This document shows, in pieces, positions 10,861 to 22,600 of a stretch of 64,000 bases of DNA. This stretch comes from Ophelia neglecta (taxonomy: Eukaryota): contig OZ260664.1 in assembly GCA_965285935.1 (NCBI GenBank), positions 86,552,001 to 86,616,000 on the forward strand, in the 5' to 3' direction. The translations under genes and the position numbers were made by a program. Each line of letters begins with the position of its first letter. The first letter of the stretch is position 1. The notes beneath the pieces were generated by a model. That model was not told where the DNA came from. It saw nothing but the letters and a program-made list of their open reading frames with translations, and did not search any database.

Positions 10861-12150
10861 GAGATCAGGGGCATGCCCGGCTAGGCCAATCAGATCGCTC
10901 CTTCCATATAGGTAGAAAACATGCATGACAGCAGCAATCTATATCCACGAGTTGCAAGATCCAGGTTTTTTTGTGTAGAAAATCATGAAAAGGTGAGAAG
11001 TTTATCGACCCGATGCAATATTTATCGGCCTCGGGCCGACGGGCAGGCGGGTTTTTCCAACCCTGGGTGGTAGACTCCGATATTCACTATATTGTGTGTC
11101 GTCCACAATTTGCTAATTCACGCTTTATATCCATTTTTATTTCAGAAAAGAAGTAAGTGACGTGAAATTGGTCGAGTTTATTACGACTAGAGACATAATA
11201 AAGGTGCTTATAAATAAACTAGCATTGTATTAAAGAAAAGCTAACGCTATTGAAAAGGAAACGTATTATTGCTTAAAAGGAGCACGGGGTGATAAAGGGG
11301 TTAGTCGTTATGTGATACTTTTTTTGCAATAATGTCAGACCACGAACGTTTATTTGATGTGTATGCGTGCTTTTGGGATGTTAGATTCTTCCCTTTGGGG
11401 GGGGGGGGTGTTTGATTCTTTCCTTGGGGGGGGGATGCGTCTCGGGGGCGGGGGGACGATGCCCATATTTATTGCAGTACTGTGGGTATTCTGCATTCTG
11501 GCCTCCGCTGCGAGGAACGTTATGTTGCCTTTGGGTGGGCGCCAAATGTGTCTGGTTGGCGGGGTTTTTATTTCGACATGAACCTTCGATAACATGGTAT
11601 GTATTTATATTATGCTGGGAATTAAAATGTGCGGTTTACAAATCTTAAGCCTTGCTCTTGTATAACTGTTGCTTCGATTATGAGTGAAAATATCAGGATA
11701 TGGGTATTAAAGTTCGTGTATCATTGTAAATGTTCAAATGCACAAAAACATACATTTAGTAATAATGCGTATACACACCTTTGCTAGTAACTTCATGCAT
11801 TGCCGAAGTATGTGTAATTATATTGGTTGATACTGCGTTAGCTGTAAAAGAAAGGTTCATTTCTGAATTTTTATTTTAAACATTTTATACCATTCATGAG
11901 GACAGCATGAGTCTTTTAATTGAAATATGAACAATTAACTCGCATGTACAATTCGTGAAATTTATAAAAGTTATATTTTCAACAGTATGATAGAGCATGG
12001 CAATAACAAAGTAAACCACAGATTTTGTGAACATCATAATACATCTCAAAGTTCATTACTTTTATAGAGTACATAGAACACCTGAATGAGCCGAAAAAAA
12101 ACTAGAAAACACTACACTCTCAATTCAGTAAAATAAGGCATACCACACCT

Positions 12151-12656
12151 TTACGGTGGTATAATTATGTGGATGTGTGTGGGCCCACAGGCCTGAAACC
12201 TCAAAGCTATACACAACTGGTGGATTGGCAAGACGGCCATGCTTCTTGCCGTAGCGCACAGCAGCGCTGCTTGCAAAAGCTCAACCATGTACACGATGGT
12301 CTGCCTTGTAAATCTGTATCTTTCTCTCACCATCTCAGCTGGCAGGGCGAGAGGATCATTCCTGTCCTTGAAAACACACTCCCTCCTCATTGCCCGTCGC
12401 AGGAGCTGTGCTTCTGGGTTACCGGTGATAGGGGCAGCCATTTCCCACGGAGAGACGCTGATTTGAACACTGGGCTTAAATCTTATCCAGCAAATTAGAC
12501 ACCTCAAGAGGTGGCTATCGGAGAGACTAAGTTACCATAGCTTCCGAGCTAAATCTTAGCCAGCTAAGTTTTATGAAACCGTTTAGCCCGGAAAATATAG
12601 ACAAGGCTAAGAATTTAGCCGGCTAACCGCTTAGACAAGTTTTATGAAACAGGCCC
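12151..12656 (-). mobile_element. Truncated PIF/Harbinger transposon: one end plus N-terminus of a HARBI1-like transposase
   Basis: Terminus GGGCCTGTTTCATAAAAC at 12656; ORF from ATG 12441 reads RRECVFKDRNDPLA...ERYRFTR...ATARSMAV...LCIALRFQACG and breaks off before the DDE core; second TIR not seen. Confidence 0.8.
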
Positions 12657-13729
12657 CAGATGCCAGTTCTTGTTGATTATAGACCGATCCAATGTACTAT
12701 TCTGGACTATACAGTTAGCCTTGCCTGCTTAAGATTTTCGTTGTATTCGAATAACCTAAACACGCATCTGGAAGTATTTATCCATTTTCTAAATAATATT
12801 TGATAAATTATTGCAATCAATGAAGGCCTTATGGCAAGAAATATATTTGGATATTTTGCCCTAACTTTAATCAATTTTGGCTTATCGAACCTATTAATCG
12901 ATATGATGATCTTATCAATTATAATTTGACCTATAATGATATCAAGCAAGCCTGGCTTTTCAGCCTTTCAGGACATTGTTTACTGCATTGTGTCTTTGTA
13001 AAGAAAAAATACTATTATTACCTTCAAACCTAGAAATCAAGAATGTAAATGTACTCACCTTTGCTGGTGATCTCAGACGTGGTAGAAGAAGAGTATACAT
13101 TAGTCGTCGTTGCATAGTTTTTTATATTGCATTTTTTTTGTGTTTAAAGGTGGGGGGGGGGGGGGGGGGGGGCGACTCGCGGAATCAGCATTTGGTTATG
13201 GGCCATGAAATACCGCCTTAAATTACCTTTGCTCGCGATTTTAAATGATTTGTTATGGGTGATTCTACTTAATTATTATGATATGGCTATATAACACTAT
13301 TGCTTAATTTTAACCAATATTTTGAATCAATTCCCGCGAGACTGACATTAATACGAGCAGAGTGTACGGCAACAAGAAGGATTTTGTTATGTAGCTAAGT
13401 GCAGTACATCTACCAAACAAACGTAAACATTCCTGTTTCACCGAGAGCCTCCGGTATATGGATGTAACTCGTGCCAAATAAATTCTCCAGTTTTCTCCCG
13501 GTTCTGAATTTGTACTCGCTATTTCTCCCGGGTTTATTAATGAAAAAAAGTACAATATTTCTCCCTTTTTAACATTTTCTCACGTTTCTTGCGAGCTTAT
13601 TTATCAATATCACGGCAACCAAAATAAACATCTGATTTCTTCGCGAATAAGCTCCCGCCTTACCCTTGGTAGTAATTGTGACCCCTTTGTCTTCCGCACA
13701 TGTTCCAATTCCAAGCTAAAGCGGAGATC

Positions 13730-14090
13730 TTTTCAGCACGAATGATGCTGTTGGGGAGAAATGAAGAGGGAAAGACCCTCCCCGTGCAAGCGAATGCGAG
13801 ACATCGAAAACTTTTGAATTTAGGTAGCGTGCTTAACCTGTGCACTGCTCGCATTAACTATTCAGCATGCCTGAATGCAACAATGCCAGCTTGTGATCCC
13901 TTTAAAAAATGTATAACTCTCAAGGTTTGGGAAAGGGTGGGGCTCAGTTCGGCTTCTTCAAGTTGCACATATTGTGTGGACGACATGGGATGGTTGTTCT
14001 GCCTCGTGTGGGGTCAAGGGGAGGCAAATGACCTCTCGAGGAAGGCACCATCGTGCACCCTCTTAAGAGTACCATTCTCCCTGGTTCTGC
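13730..14090 (-). mobile_element. Possible degenerate LINE 3' end
   Basis: Peptides YVQLEEAELSPTLSQ and FACTGRVFPSSFLPNSI resemble the C-terminus of CR1-group ORF2. Confidence 0.35.
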
Positions 14091-15060
14091 CTACTTAATT
14101 TTTTCACTTTGTAATTTTAGCGCAGGTTGTTGAAATTAGGAAAGTCATAATCGTGGCCGATATCCAAACGAGAAGAATCATCAATATTTTAAATTACCAC
14201 AAAATATTGATATGTATATTGGCTGCCTTAAGGATGTTTGTTGCATTGGTTTATAGTGGAAAGCTATGCTCAGCAATATGCACCTTCCATATAAAAACAT
14301 GGCGGCACCTAGTAAGACTTGGAACCACGCTTTTTGCGGTTTTTTTTTTGAGGCCTTCATCTCAATGCATTTTAAGAATCCAACTGTTTTTTAATATTCA
14401 GATACTGTGATAAAGGCAAGCTGTGCTCCCGAGGCTTCAACCGCCAAATGTTAGTGCTGGATCATCTAGGACTAGAGAAAGAGGTATATAATATATAATT
14501 TTCACCCGGTTAATGCCACATTTTCGGTTTAAAGAAAAGAATGAAGTTGCGTAAACAATTGGCTTGTTGGTAATAAAAAAGAATTATTTGCGATTGAGGA
14601 ACGAATTAGAAAATAGTTGGCTTAAACCTACATTAAATCACCCATCTTAGCCTGCCTGTCAGCCTTATATAAAATTACAATATTCCTCCAATTTTACAGG
14701 TCTTATTTATTTTGAAGGACAATGGATACACTTCAATATTATAAATATTATAAATCAGAGGTCTACAACAATGGCAGCGGTTTATAGTCTTACATATGTT
14801 ACAAGTTAGTAAAGGCATCACATATGCTACATATTGATTTTAATTTATCACTATATCGATAAGGTATTGGATTTTCTACGCTTTACCACGGCACATTTTG
14901 AAATAAGAGAAAGTTTGAAACAGTACCTTGCGGAAAAGTACTTAACGTTCAAATATTGCTTAAATTCTATAATATAAATATAAATTTACACACAAGCACT
15001 CGTAAAAGCTTGTTTACAAAAAAAAAATATTGTGATAGACATATTTGCAGGTGGTAGTAT

Positions 15061-15833
15061 CACAGTAGGGGAGACGTTCCATGAGAAAAAGGTAATTGTC
15101 TACTTTAGGTCCGGGTAATTGTGTACTTGCTATTGGTAACCGTATATTGCTCCGGATGATTGTCAACTGATCTGACTCAGCATTGAAAGAATCTAGTAAG
15201 TGTCAACTTAAAATACTTTAGACATGCCTCATACGGGTAATATTATCTAAATTGTTTGCCAAATGATCCATGAATGAATGTAGCACATGTAGACCACCAG
15301 GTGTGTCCTAATTTAACCTATAATTGCTGTTCTACCATTATATCTTATTTATTGCCATTATTTGTTAAATTATATATTTTTTTAGCAGATACCATATGTG
15401 AGATGAACATTCAAACAACATAATGCATAAGTTCACCTGTTTTTTCTATAAAACAACAATTACATCAGTATAATCATTACAGAACCTCAATAAATGGAAA
15501 ATATACATTAATGTGATCATTGAAGGAAGCACATAATGCATTAGATAATTAATGTATTATAGATAATTCCACAATTTTGTGTTTAAAAAAACCCTGCAAA
15601 TTCCAGACTCACTACAGGCTAGTTCACCCTACCATAATTTACATGTGATGCACATTGTTTAATATATTGTTATGTAATAAATGTCGCAAAAATATTTACC
15701 TTATTAGCCTGGTTTTTAAACCATTTGGTTAACAGTCCCTCTCAAAGTAAACAATTACCCAGAGCAAGTACACAATTACCCGGACCTAAAGTAGACAATT
15801 ACCTTTTACTCACGGAACGTCTCCCTTATGGTG
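15061..15833. mobile_element. Non-autonomous TIR element with CAC termini (Transib/CMC-like)
   Basis: About 75-bp inverted repeats (GGGAGACGTTCC..GAG.AAAAGGTAATTGTCTACTTTAGGTCCGGGTAATTGTGTACTTGCT); ends CAC...GTG; flanks AGTAT/AGTTT. Confidence 0.75.
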
Positions 15834-16611
15834 AGTTTATTCAAAAACGTTTACTTAGAAACAACGAGACTTCTTCTTTGTGCTGTATGGACAGAGAATA
15901 GTACTTTTTCCAAGTTAATATACATCAGTTCAGTAGTGGTAAGTTGTCCCGTAATATCAATAACACCCTATACCACGGTGTGTGTGCTTGGTTCGAAATG
16001 AGCATATCATCACGATGTCCCTTTTTGAATGCCTGTAATGTAAGATGTAATCGATTAACAGTTAATAATGCTACATCAATGAATCGCTCATGCAACTGTG
16101 TCACAGTTATTGCCTAGACAAAAAAGCAAAACGAGTCTGTATGGAATTTTCATATTAAAGAAGACACGTGCACAAGATACTAAAATGATCATATTGAAAT
16201 CTGCGTTACAAATGCTAAAGACTGTATATGAGGAAGGACTTGTTGAAATTTTATCTTTATTAATGAAACAAAAGGCTCGCAAAGTCATCTAGTATAGATT
16301 CAATGGACTTGTCTCTATTAATGATTTGGCATGTGTATCGGTATCGATTCCCCTGTGGTAACACAATGAAGCAGTCATGCTGTATTTGAGAGGTAACACG
16401 AGGTTAAATGTGCTATTTAAACGGAACATGGCTTTTAGCGCTAGCATTAAGGCTATGCAAAAATGGGTTGGGTCACAAACCAACTAAACAAAGGTTGTTG
16501 TCCGCCATATCATTCTATTGGTCTGCAAATGTATTCAAATGTTCTATATTTAGAATCTTTCAGATGTTTCTGGCTACTTTGAACAATGACCTCTCCAGTC
16601 ACTAGACATGT

Positions 16612-16838
16612 TCATATGACCAGAGCATTCTCAGCTTCCTGGGGATCATACAGCCTAGCTGCCACACAAGGCGCTACTGGCTCGTCAGGGGCCATCTTTG
16701 TTCTACCGGGTACCCTTTTATACTCCTGGGTTGAGAGTGTCAGACGAGAGAGTAGATAAATTCCATGCCCATCACACAGGATTTTGATTACCAAACTCTA
16801 GGTCCTCAGTTCAAGGTGCCAGCCACTACACCGCGCTC
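16612..16838 (-). mobile_element. tRNA-derived SINE, degenerate
   Basis: A-box-like GGTGTAGTGG head, then CTCTCAACCCAGGAGTATAAAAGGGTACC and GCTAGGCTGTATGATCCCCAGG, resembling a conserved invertebrate SINE central domain (recalled, not searched). Confidence 0.6.
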
Positions 16839-19548
16839 TCTATAGTTGTCAAATATGCATTATATTCATAGACTGGATGACGACCATTGGTTCCTTAGTA
16901 TCACGTATTACTTTTGCTATAAATGTTTTTGTATATATCACGCTTGAAGGTAAACCAAATCTAGATAATGATACCCAATGGGAACTCAAATGCTGAATAT
17001 TATCAAGACAAAAGACAAGGAGAGGGAAAAGGTCTAGACAGACGGGGGGGATATTTTATCCCTTTACAGGTGAATTAGCTACTGTCGGAGGTAGACCCTG
17101 GATTCTTTTAACCGGGCTTCTATGCAACGTTCTAAGAATATCAATCGGGTTGCCTTTGAGGTTACAAAATTCAAGTCTATAAAGATAGTAGTTCGGCCCT
17201 ACTACAGCCCAATACAGATGGCTTAGCGTAAGTGTGTTCATCTTGCCATTTGCTCTTCCCACACCCACTTCCCACATGTCGCCTGGCATTTCCAGGTTTA
17301 TCGGTAACAGCTGCTGCGAAATACGCTCCAGGGCTGACCAGGGGCACTCCAGGGTGCTGGGTAGACACTGTTTCTGGGAATCTTCCGAACCTAATCTGGG
17401 GATATACGTCAAGGTTGGGTTCTCCAAAACGTATTATATCACATCTTAGGGGTAAAGCCCAGGGTCCACCTTTTGCCGTATGCAATTATCTGGTTAAACA
17501 GCTTTATGTAATCTATCACTAACCGTGTCATCAGCATAGTCAGGGCAACTTACATCTATCACGTACAAAGAGTAGTTCTTGTCCAAAACTCTCACCTTGC
17601 TTGTGAAAACCAACAGTATGAGTTTCAATTAGTTCATTATAGAAATACAAGGAAAGAATCATTGACAATTTTTCACCTTGGTGTAGGCCCTGTTCAATCA
17701 TATATCAGCTAGATAACTGTTCGTTTATTTTCAGGGCTTTGGTAATCTTGTAAAGCTCCCTTATCAAGCTGTAAATTTTCCCCTTATTTCGGCATTGAGT
17801 ACCTTTAAAACAAAGGGTCCGAACACTCAGAGTCGAAAGCATCCCTGCAGTCGAGTAAGGCTTCGCGTAAGGCTTGCCCTTTAACGTGATGTTGCTCAAT
17901 GATTTGTCTTAAGAACATACTTGAGTCTAAACAGTGCTTATGTAAAGTTTCTTGTAGTGGATAGATTATTTTATTTTCAAAGTTCATTTTACGATTCGTT
18001 GCAATATCACAGAGAATAATTTCCTAAAGATTGCCAGAAAGGTTATTTGCCTATAGTCATCTTTATAGAGAGAGCTTTTTACTCACTTTTACTCCCCTCC
18101 TAAATGTTAAAGGGATAAACTCAAACTGTTTTATTGCATTTATAGGTGTAATAAGGCAATAGCTTCGAAATTGCTATAATAGTTTATAAATTAAGCAATT
18201 TATTAATATAGTTATTTAAGCAGGCTAACCCTCTGCAAATCCATTGTTCTATATTATTCTATCTCCCTTTCCCTTAATTATCATGTGATTAGGAGAGTTT
18301 TCATATAAATAGACATGATTTATATAATCTGATAGTCAGAGTTCAAGTAAGGATTAGCTCTGTGATCATAATAGTCGCGAGCCGAGGCAATTGGATTCCG
18401 ACCACGATAGTCTATAATGGCTATTTTTTAACATAATTAAATGAGCCCTGTTATTTGGTAATTGTTAAGTAATGGTTTCAATGGTCTAGTCTCTTGTGTG
18501 GCGAGAATACCCCCCTGTATAAAGTGAACATATAGTGAAGGGTCATATCAGAAACATTAGACGAAAAACTGTCGGATAGGAAACTAGTGAGGTACTGTTA
18601 GGCGCGGCTTTCAATGTAAGGAGGGGGCGGGGGGGGGGGGGGGGAGGGGTTCTTCTCACAGGTTCGAGCATTTATTTGGTTTAGTGGAAAGTGTGAAATC
18701 ACAAAAGATGACAAGGGTAATATATCTCGATAGTACAAAGATATAAACAATTTATGTAAACCAGTCAAGCTTTTATTGTGACTTAATATATGCATCTGTA
18801 ACACACCATGGATCAGATTGACATAGCAATTATCTAAAAGAAAAGGGCAGTCGAAACCGTTGAAGTGTTTTATTGCATAGGTTTTCCTTTCCAAAACAGG
18901 AGTTTATTTTTGCTTGCTTATTCAGGTCTAATTAGTCTATGTAACCTGCGAGCAAACGTGTCTGAAAACGGTAGTGGATATTTCACAAGGCTAAATCGTT
19001 AATCATTAATAGTAGTAGTCCATTAAATACATCCTGTTTGAACGGTACAATAATTTCGCATTGTATAAAGTGCAACCGATAACTGCAGTGATGTGTTTCG
19101 GATTTTCAATCTTGGAAATCTGATAAAAGATGACTTGTGTTATTATCTAAATATGAAGACGCTGTCAGGGAATGAGACACGGTAGCATAAGTAAAATCGG
19201 TGCAGGTTTATATGTACCCATAAGTTATGTCACTAGTCGAACGGTTGAGATTGAAACCGCCAAGTCAGTGGCTAGTAACATTATGGAAATCAAATAACCA
19301 TATCAAAGGCAAACGTAGATTGATGGGTTCTTGATCGGTTATCTACGAATCGAATGAATTGTAACAAAATGTAGCATTTTGCCAAAACAATTTGTCTCGT
19401 GTATAGCAAAAACCACCACATGACTACTCAGTATTTATGGGATCACATATGATCTAATCTTGATGTTCGGCTGAGTATTGTGACATTTCAAAAATAAAAC
19501 ACAAAACTGACATTACAACACATTAGGGATTAAGAATCACTAACTGAC

Positions 19549-19653
19549 CTGTACAGACATATATCATTAGCAGTATAATATCAAGAACGTAAAGGGCATA
19601 ACAAACTCCTCCAGCTGCATTCACTGCCATCGCACTTATGTTTTCACAATCTC
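19549..19653 (-). CDS. Gene B exon, TM3
   Basis: tttctttgcag|..|gtcagt, phase 1-1; GDCENISAMAVNAAGGVCYALYVLDIILLMIYVCT. Confidence 0.7.
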
Positions 19654-22600
19654 CTGCAAAGAAATGATAAGGTATTTGGATACTGCATAGTTTTTCAAAT
19701 AAAATTCGATTCGGTGAAAAAGGAATAGCTTCAAAATATTTAACTAATAACAGTTAGTCTTGAAGACATTGTGTCGCTGTATTAAACTATTTTATCTATT
19801 TATTCTCCATAAGTAGAATGTCGCAATGGTTGATTGATAAAGAAAAAGAAGGCTGGTGTAGACCTGTTTTCACTCTCCCTTGCTTAATGTTGAAATAGTC
19901 AACTAACTTGATATAGGAAAATACACGAGTTAAATGCCCACCTTTGGCAATAGCAACTCCATGCAAACAGCCTGCGATTATTACTAAAATGGTGCTACCC
20001 ACGACAGAGACAATGAGAATGGTCCCGGGCTTGCTTTTACCGCCGTCTAAATAAAAAAATAAAATTAAAAAATTAAAACTATGTGAAACCTTATCGACCA
20101 AGGAGTATTGCTGTACCATTATCAAATCCAAACAATTATAGTACAAATTAAGCAGCGTACCGCAATTTCAAGTACGAAGTGTCAGATAACATAAATTCGG
20201 TATATGAGTGGCTTAGTACTATAGCGATCTAAGTGAACCAAAATTGGGTTAACCATTTCTTATTTGAGTTAGTAGTATTAACTGCCTATGGTGGAAAATT
20301 GCTGGCTAATATTTCAATAGGAAATGCTCCATATGTCGAGTAAAAAAAATGGCGACTTTCGAAATGAGTTCAAAAGAGGCCTAAGTGAAATTATGCAAAA
20401 ATGGTCTAAGTTAATGCAAAATGACCATAACGAAACAAAGCAATTTCTTATACAACTCGTATTCTAGAGAAAAGTTCCAGCTCCTTATGTATAGAAAAAT
20501 CATTCCATGGATGCAGTAATGGGTTGTTTTCATAGTTAACAGCTATAGAATGCTTAAGAAATTAAGGGACGCTTTGGTGCAATATGGACTAAGTGAGTTG
20601 AGTGCAATAGTGGACTAAGTGACAATTCCAAAGGATAATCACATTTACAGTAGGCAGATATATTGGCTTCATATAATATAACAAAATTATAATGCTTCTA
20701 ATCCCATATTATTTTTTCATGTAAAATGAATACAATCACAGACATTTAGAATTAATTATATAGGTCTATGATTCCATATTATGAAAGGTATGGTTTAATT
20801 GGCCATTATGAATAATTGAAATGTAAATAAATCGAATTAAATATATATAGCATTCTTAATATAGATCTGTTATTTCAACCACTTTTTATGTGAATTCTTA
20901 TTTTTATAAATATATCATTCACACAAGATATTTTACAATGCAATAAAAATCATGGACATTGTCATTAAAGTTATTTTTGACATTGACTATCAGCTGATTT
21001 TAAACAGGCACTTTATCCTTATTAAACGTTCGACTATACACGAATAAGGTCCATTTTTGGATGGTCATTTCATATTTCATGTACCACTCGCCAAGTCCAG
21101 TTTGTTCTTTTTTTCATTTTGACGATTGGCTAGAGGAATAATTTGTCTTATTTGTAATAATGGGGTAATAAGTGACATTTTCAATTCAAATTTGGTCTAA
21201 TTGACACATTTCTTACAAAAGAAACCAGACATATTGGTGTTCAGAAAGCCATTAACATAATATTATCAGAAATTTTGGTTCTATGTATTTTTGCCGAATG
21301 ACAATAAACTCAGAACTATGCACTTCCGAACAAATATCATGTAAAATCGTTATTTACTTTATTCAGTTACGAGAAAGAGCAGAGTGTTTGATTGAATAAT
21401 TTGAAATTGACAACCATCACCATTCGCAATGTGATTAAAAAAAACTACTGTCAATGAATAATTAGGAGAGCCATATATTTCTAGCTGCAATCAAAACATG
21501 GCACCAAGGTCAGTTTCACAAGAGTCGACTATAAGTAATATGGTCCAGGTATTAGGGAAGTTGCTCCAGTAATCGGCCATCTCAAAATCACTGTGTATAA
21601 TATTTATTATTCCCCTTTTTGAAATGTCGTTCGTAACCTTATGGCTTACTCTCAAATAAGAGTCCCCATTTAAGTTTATATTGCAAGAGTGAAAACCTAT
21701 CACAGCAAAGGCACGCATGATTATTTTATGACAGTACAAATAGTGTTTAAATTCGGATCACCCTGGAGCACATTGCGGTGGTACATAAGGGTAGCCGCGG
21801 TTACACTGGGAGAGTCGTGTTTAAGGTTTACCTCTCTTAAAACGTTTCGTAAGCTATCACGGTCATTCATGCACTGGTCATGCATGACGGGTCATTAGGC
21901 GGGAGCGCAGACTTCGCCCCTTCGAGGATACCGCTCCCATTAGCCAAAACATCGGCACGTCAGTCACGAGGCGTCTGACCACCGGCCCGGAGCTTCTAAA
22001 ACCGTCCTCGTGTCCAGCTCTGTTTTTCGACTTCCTAACCTACCCTGATCTACCTCGTGTACACCCTCGCCCAGATTACAATCACTGTAGTCAACACTGA
22101 GTACTCTTTCCATGCCCTTCTGGCATAGCCCCGGGCGAGCCATTCAGTCTGGTTAAGCCACAAGCTTCCAAACTTCTATCTTTTAAACTCGTGTATACTA
22201 TTTCTTCCACCTCCATGTGTAGGCCATGAATTCAGCCAGAGACTCGTTGGATACTGACCATTTTACAGGTTCGTGCCCTAACACAACTCACAACAAACTC
22301 ACAGACATGGCGCGACCGGTCAGGATTCTTTGAATTATTAAAACAAGCAGCTTGGACTTGATACTGCGGAAATATTCTCCATGCGCATACAGGTTGTTAC
22401 TTTCGTTGGCTACTAGAACTACGATTCAAATCGCGTATGATCTCGTTCATAACTAAGCTTTTCGTCATAAGGCTGGTCATTACTGCTGCTCGCTGGATTG
22501 AAACTGTGCTCCAAGTACATCGTAGGCCTGCCTTCTATATGAATGGACTGCTGCTTTCATGTTCATTGAACTATCGCTATTTTCGACTGACATTAAGCGA

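Larger units (their letters stand above)
3334..11065. mobile_element. Non-autonomous hAT-type DNA transposon (about 0.93 kb) interrupted by the BEL/Pao element
   Basis: TIRs CAGGGGTGGGAAAATC / CAGGGTTGGAAAAACC (13/16); perfect 8-bp TSD GGTGGTAG at 3326-3333 and 11066-11073. Confidence 0.8.

Noticed and set aside
11350-11648. Gly/Pro-rich ORFs and other poly-G/C tracts in the window
   Set aside because: Produced by homopolymer runs, often at repeat ends
17056-17522. GC-richer block with ORFs in several frames
   Set aside because: No recognisable motif; probably a repeat fragment
17596-18961. Candidate 3' exons of gene B (DTFARRLHRLIRPE* from 18961; tiny exons near 17677-17689)
   Set aside because: Signals are weak and alternatives conflict; left unresolved
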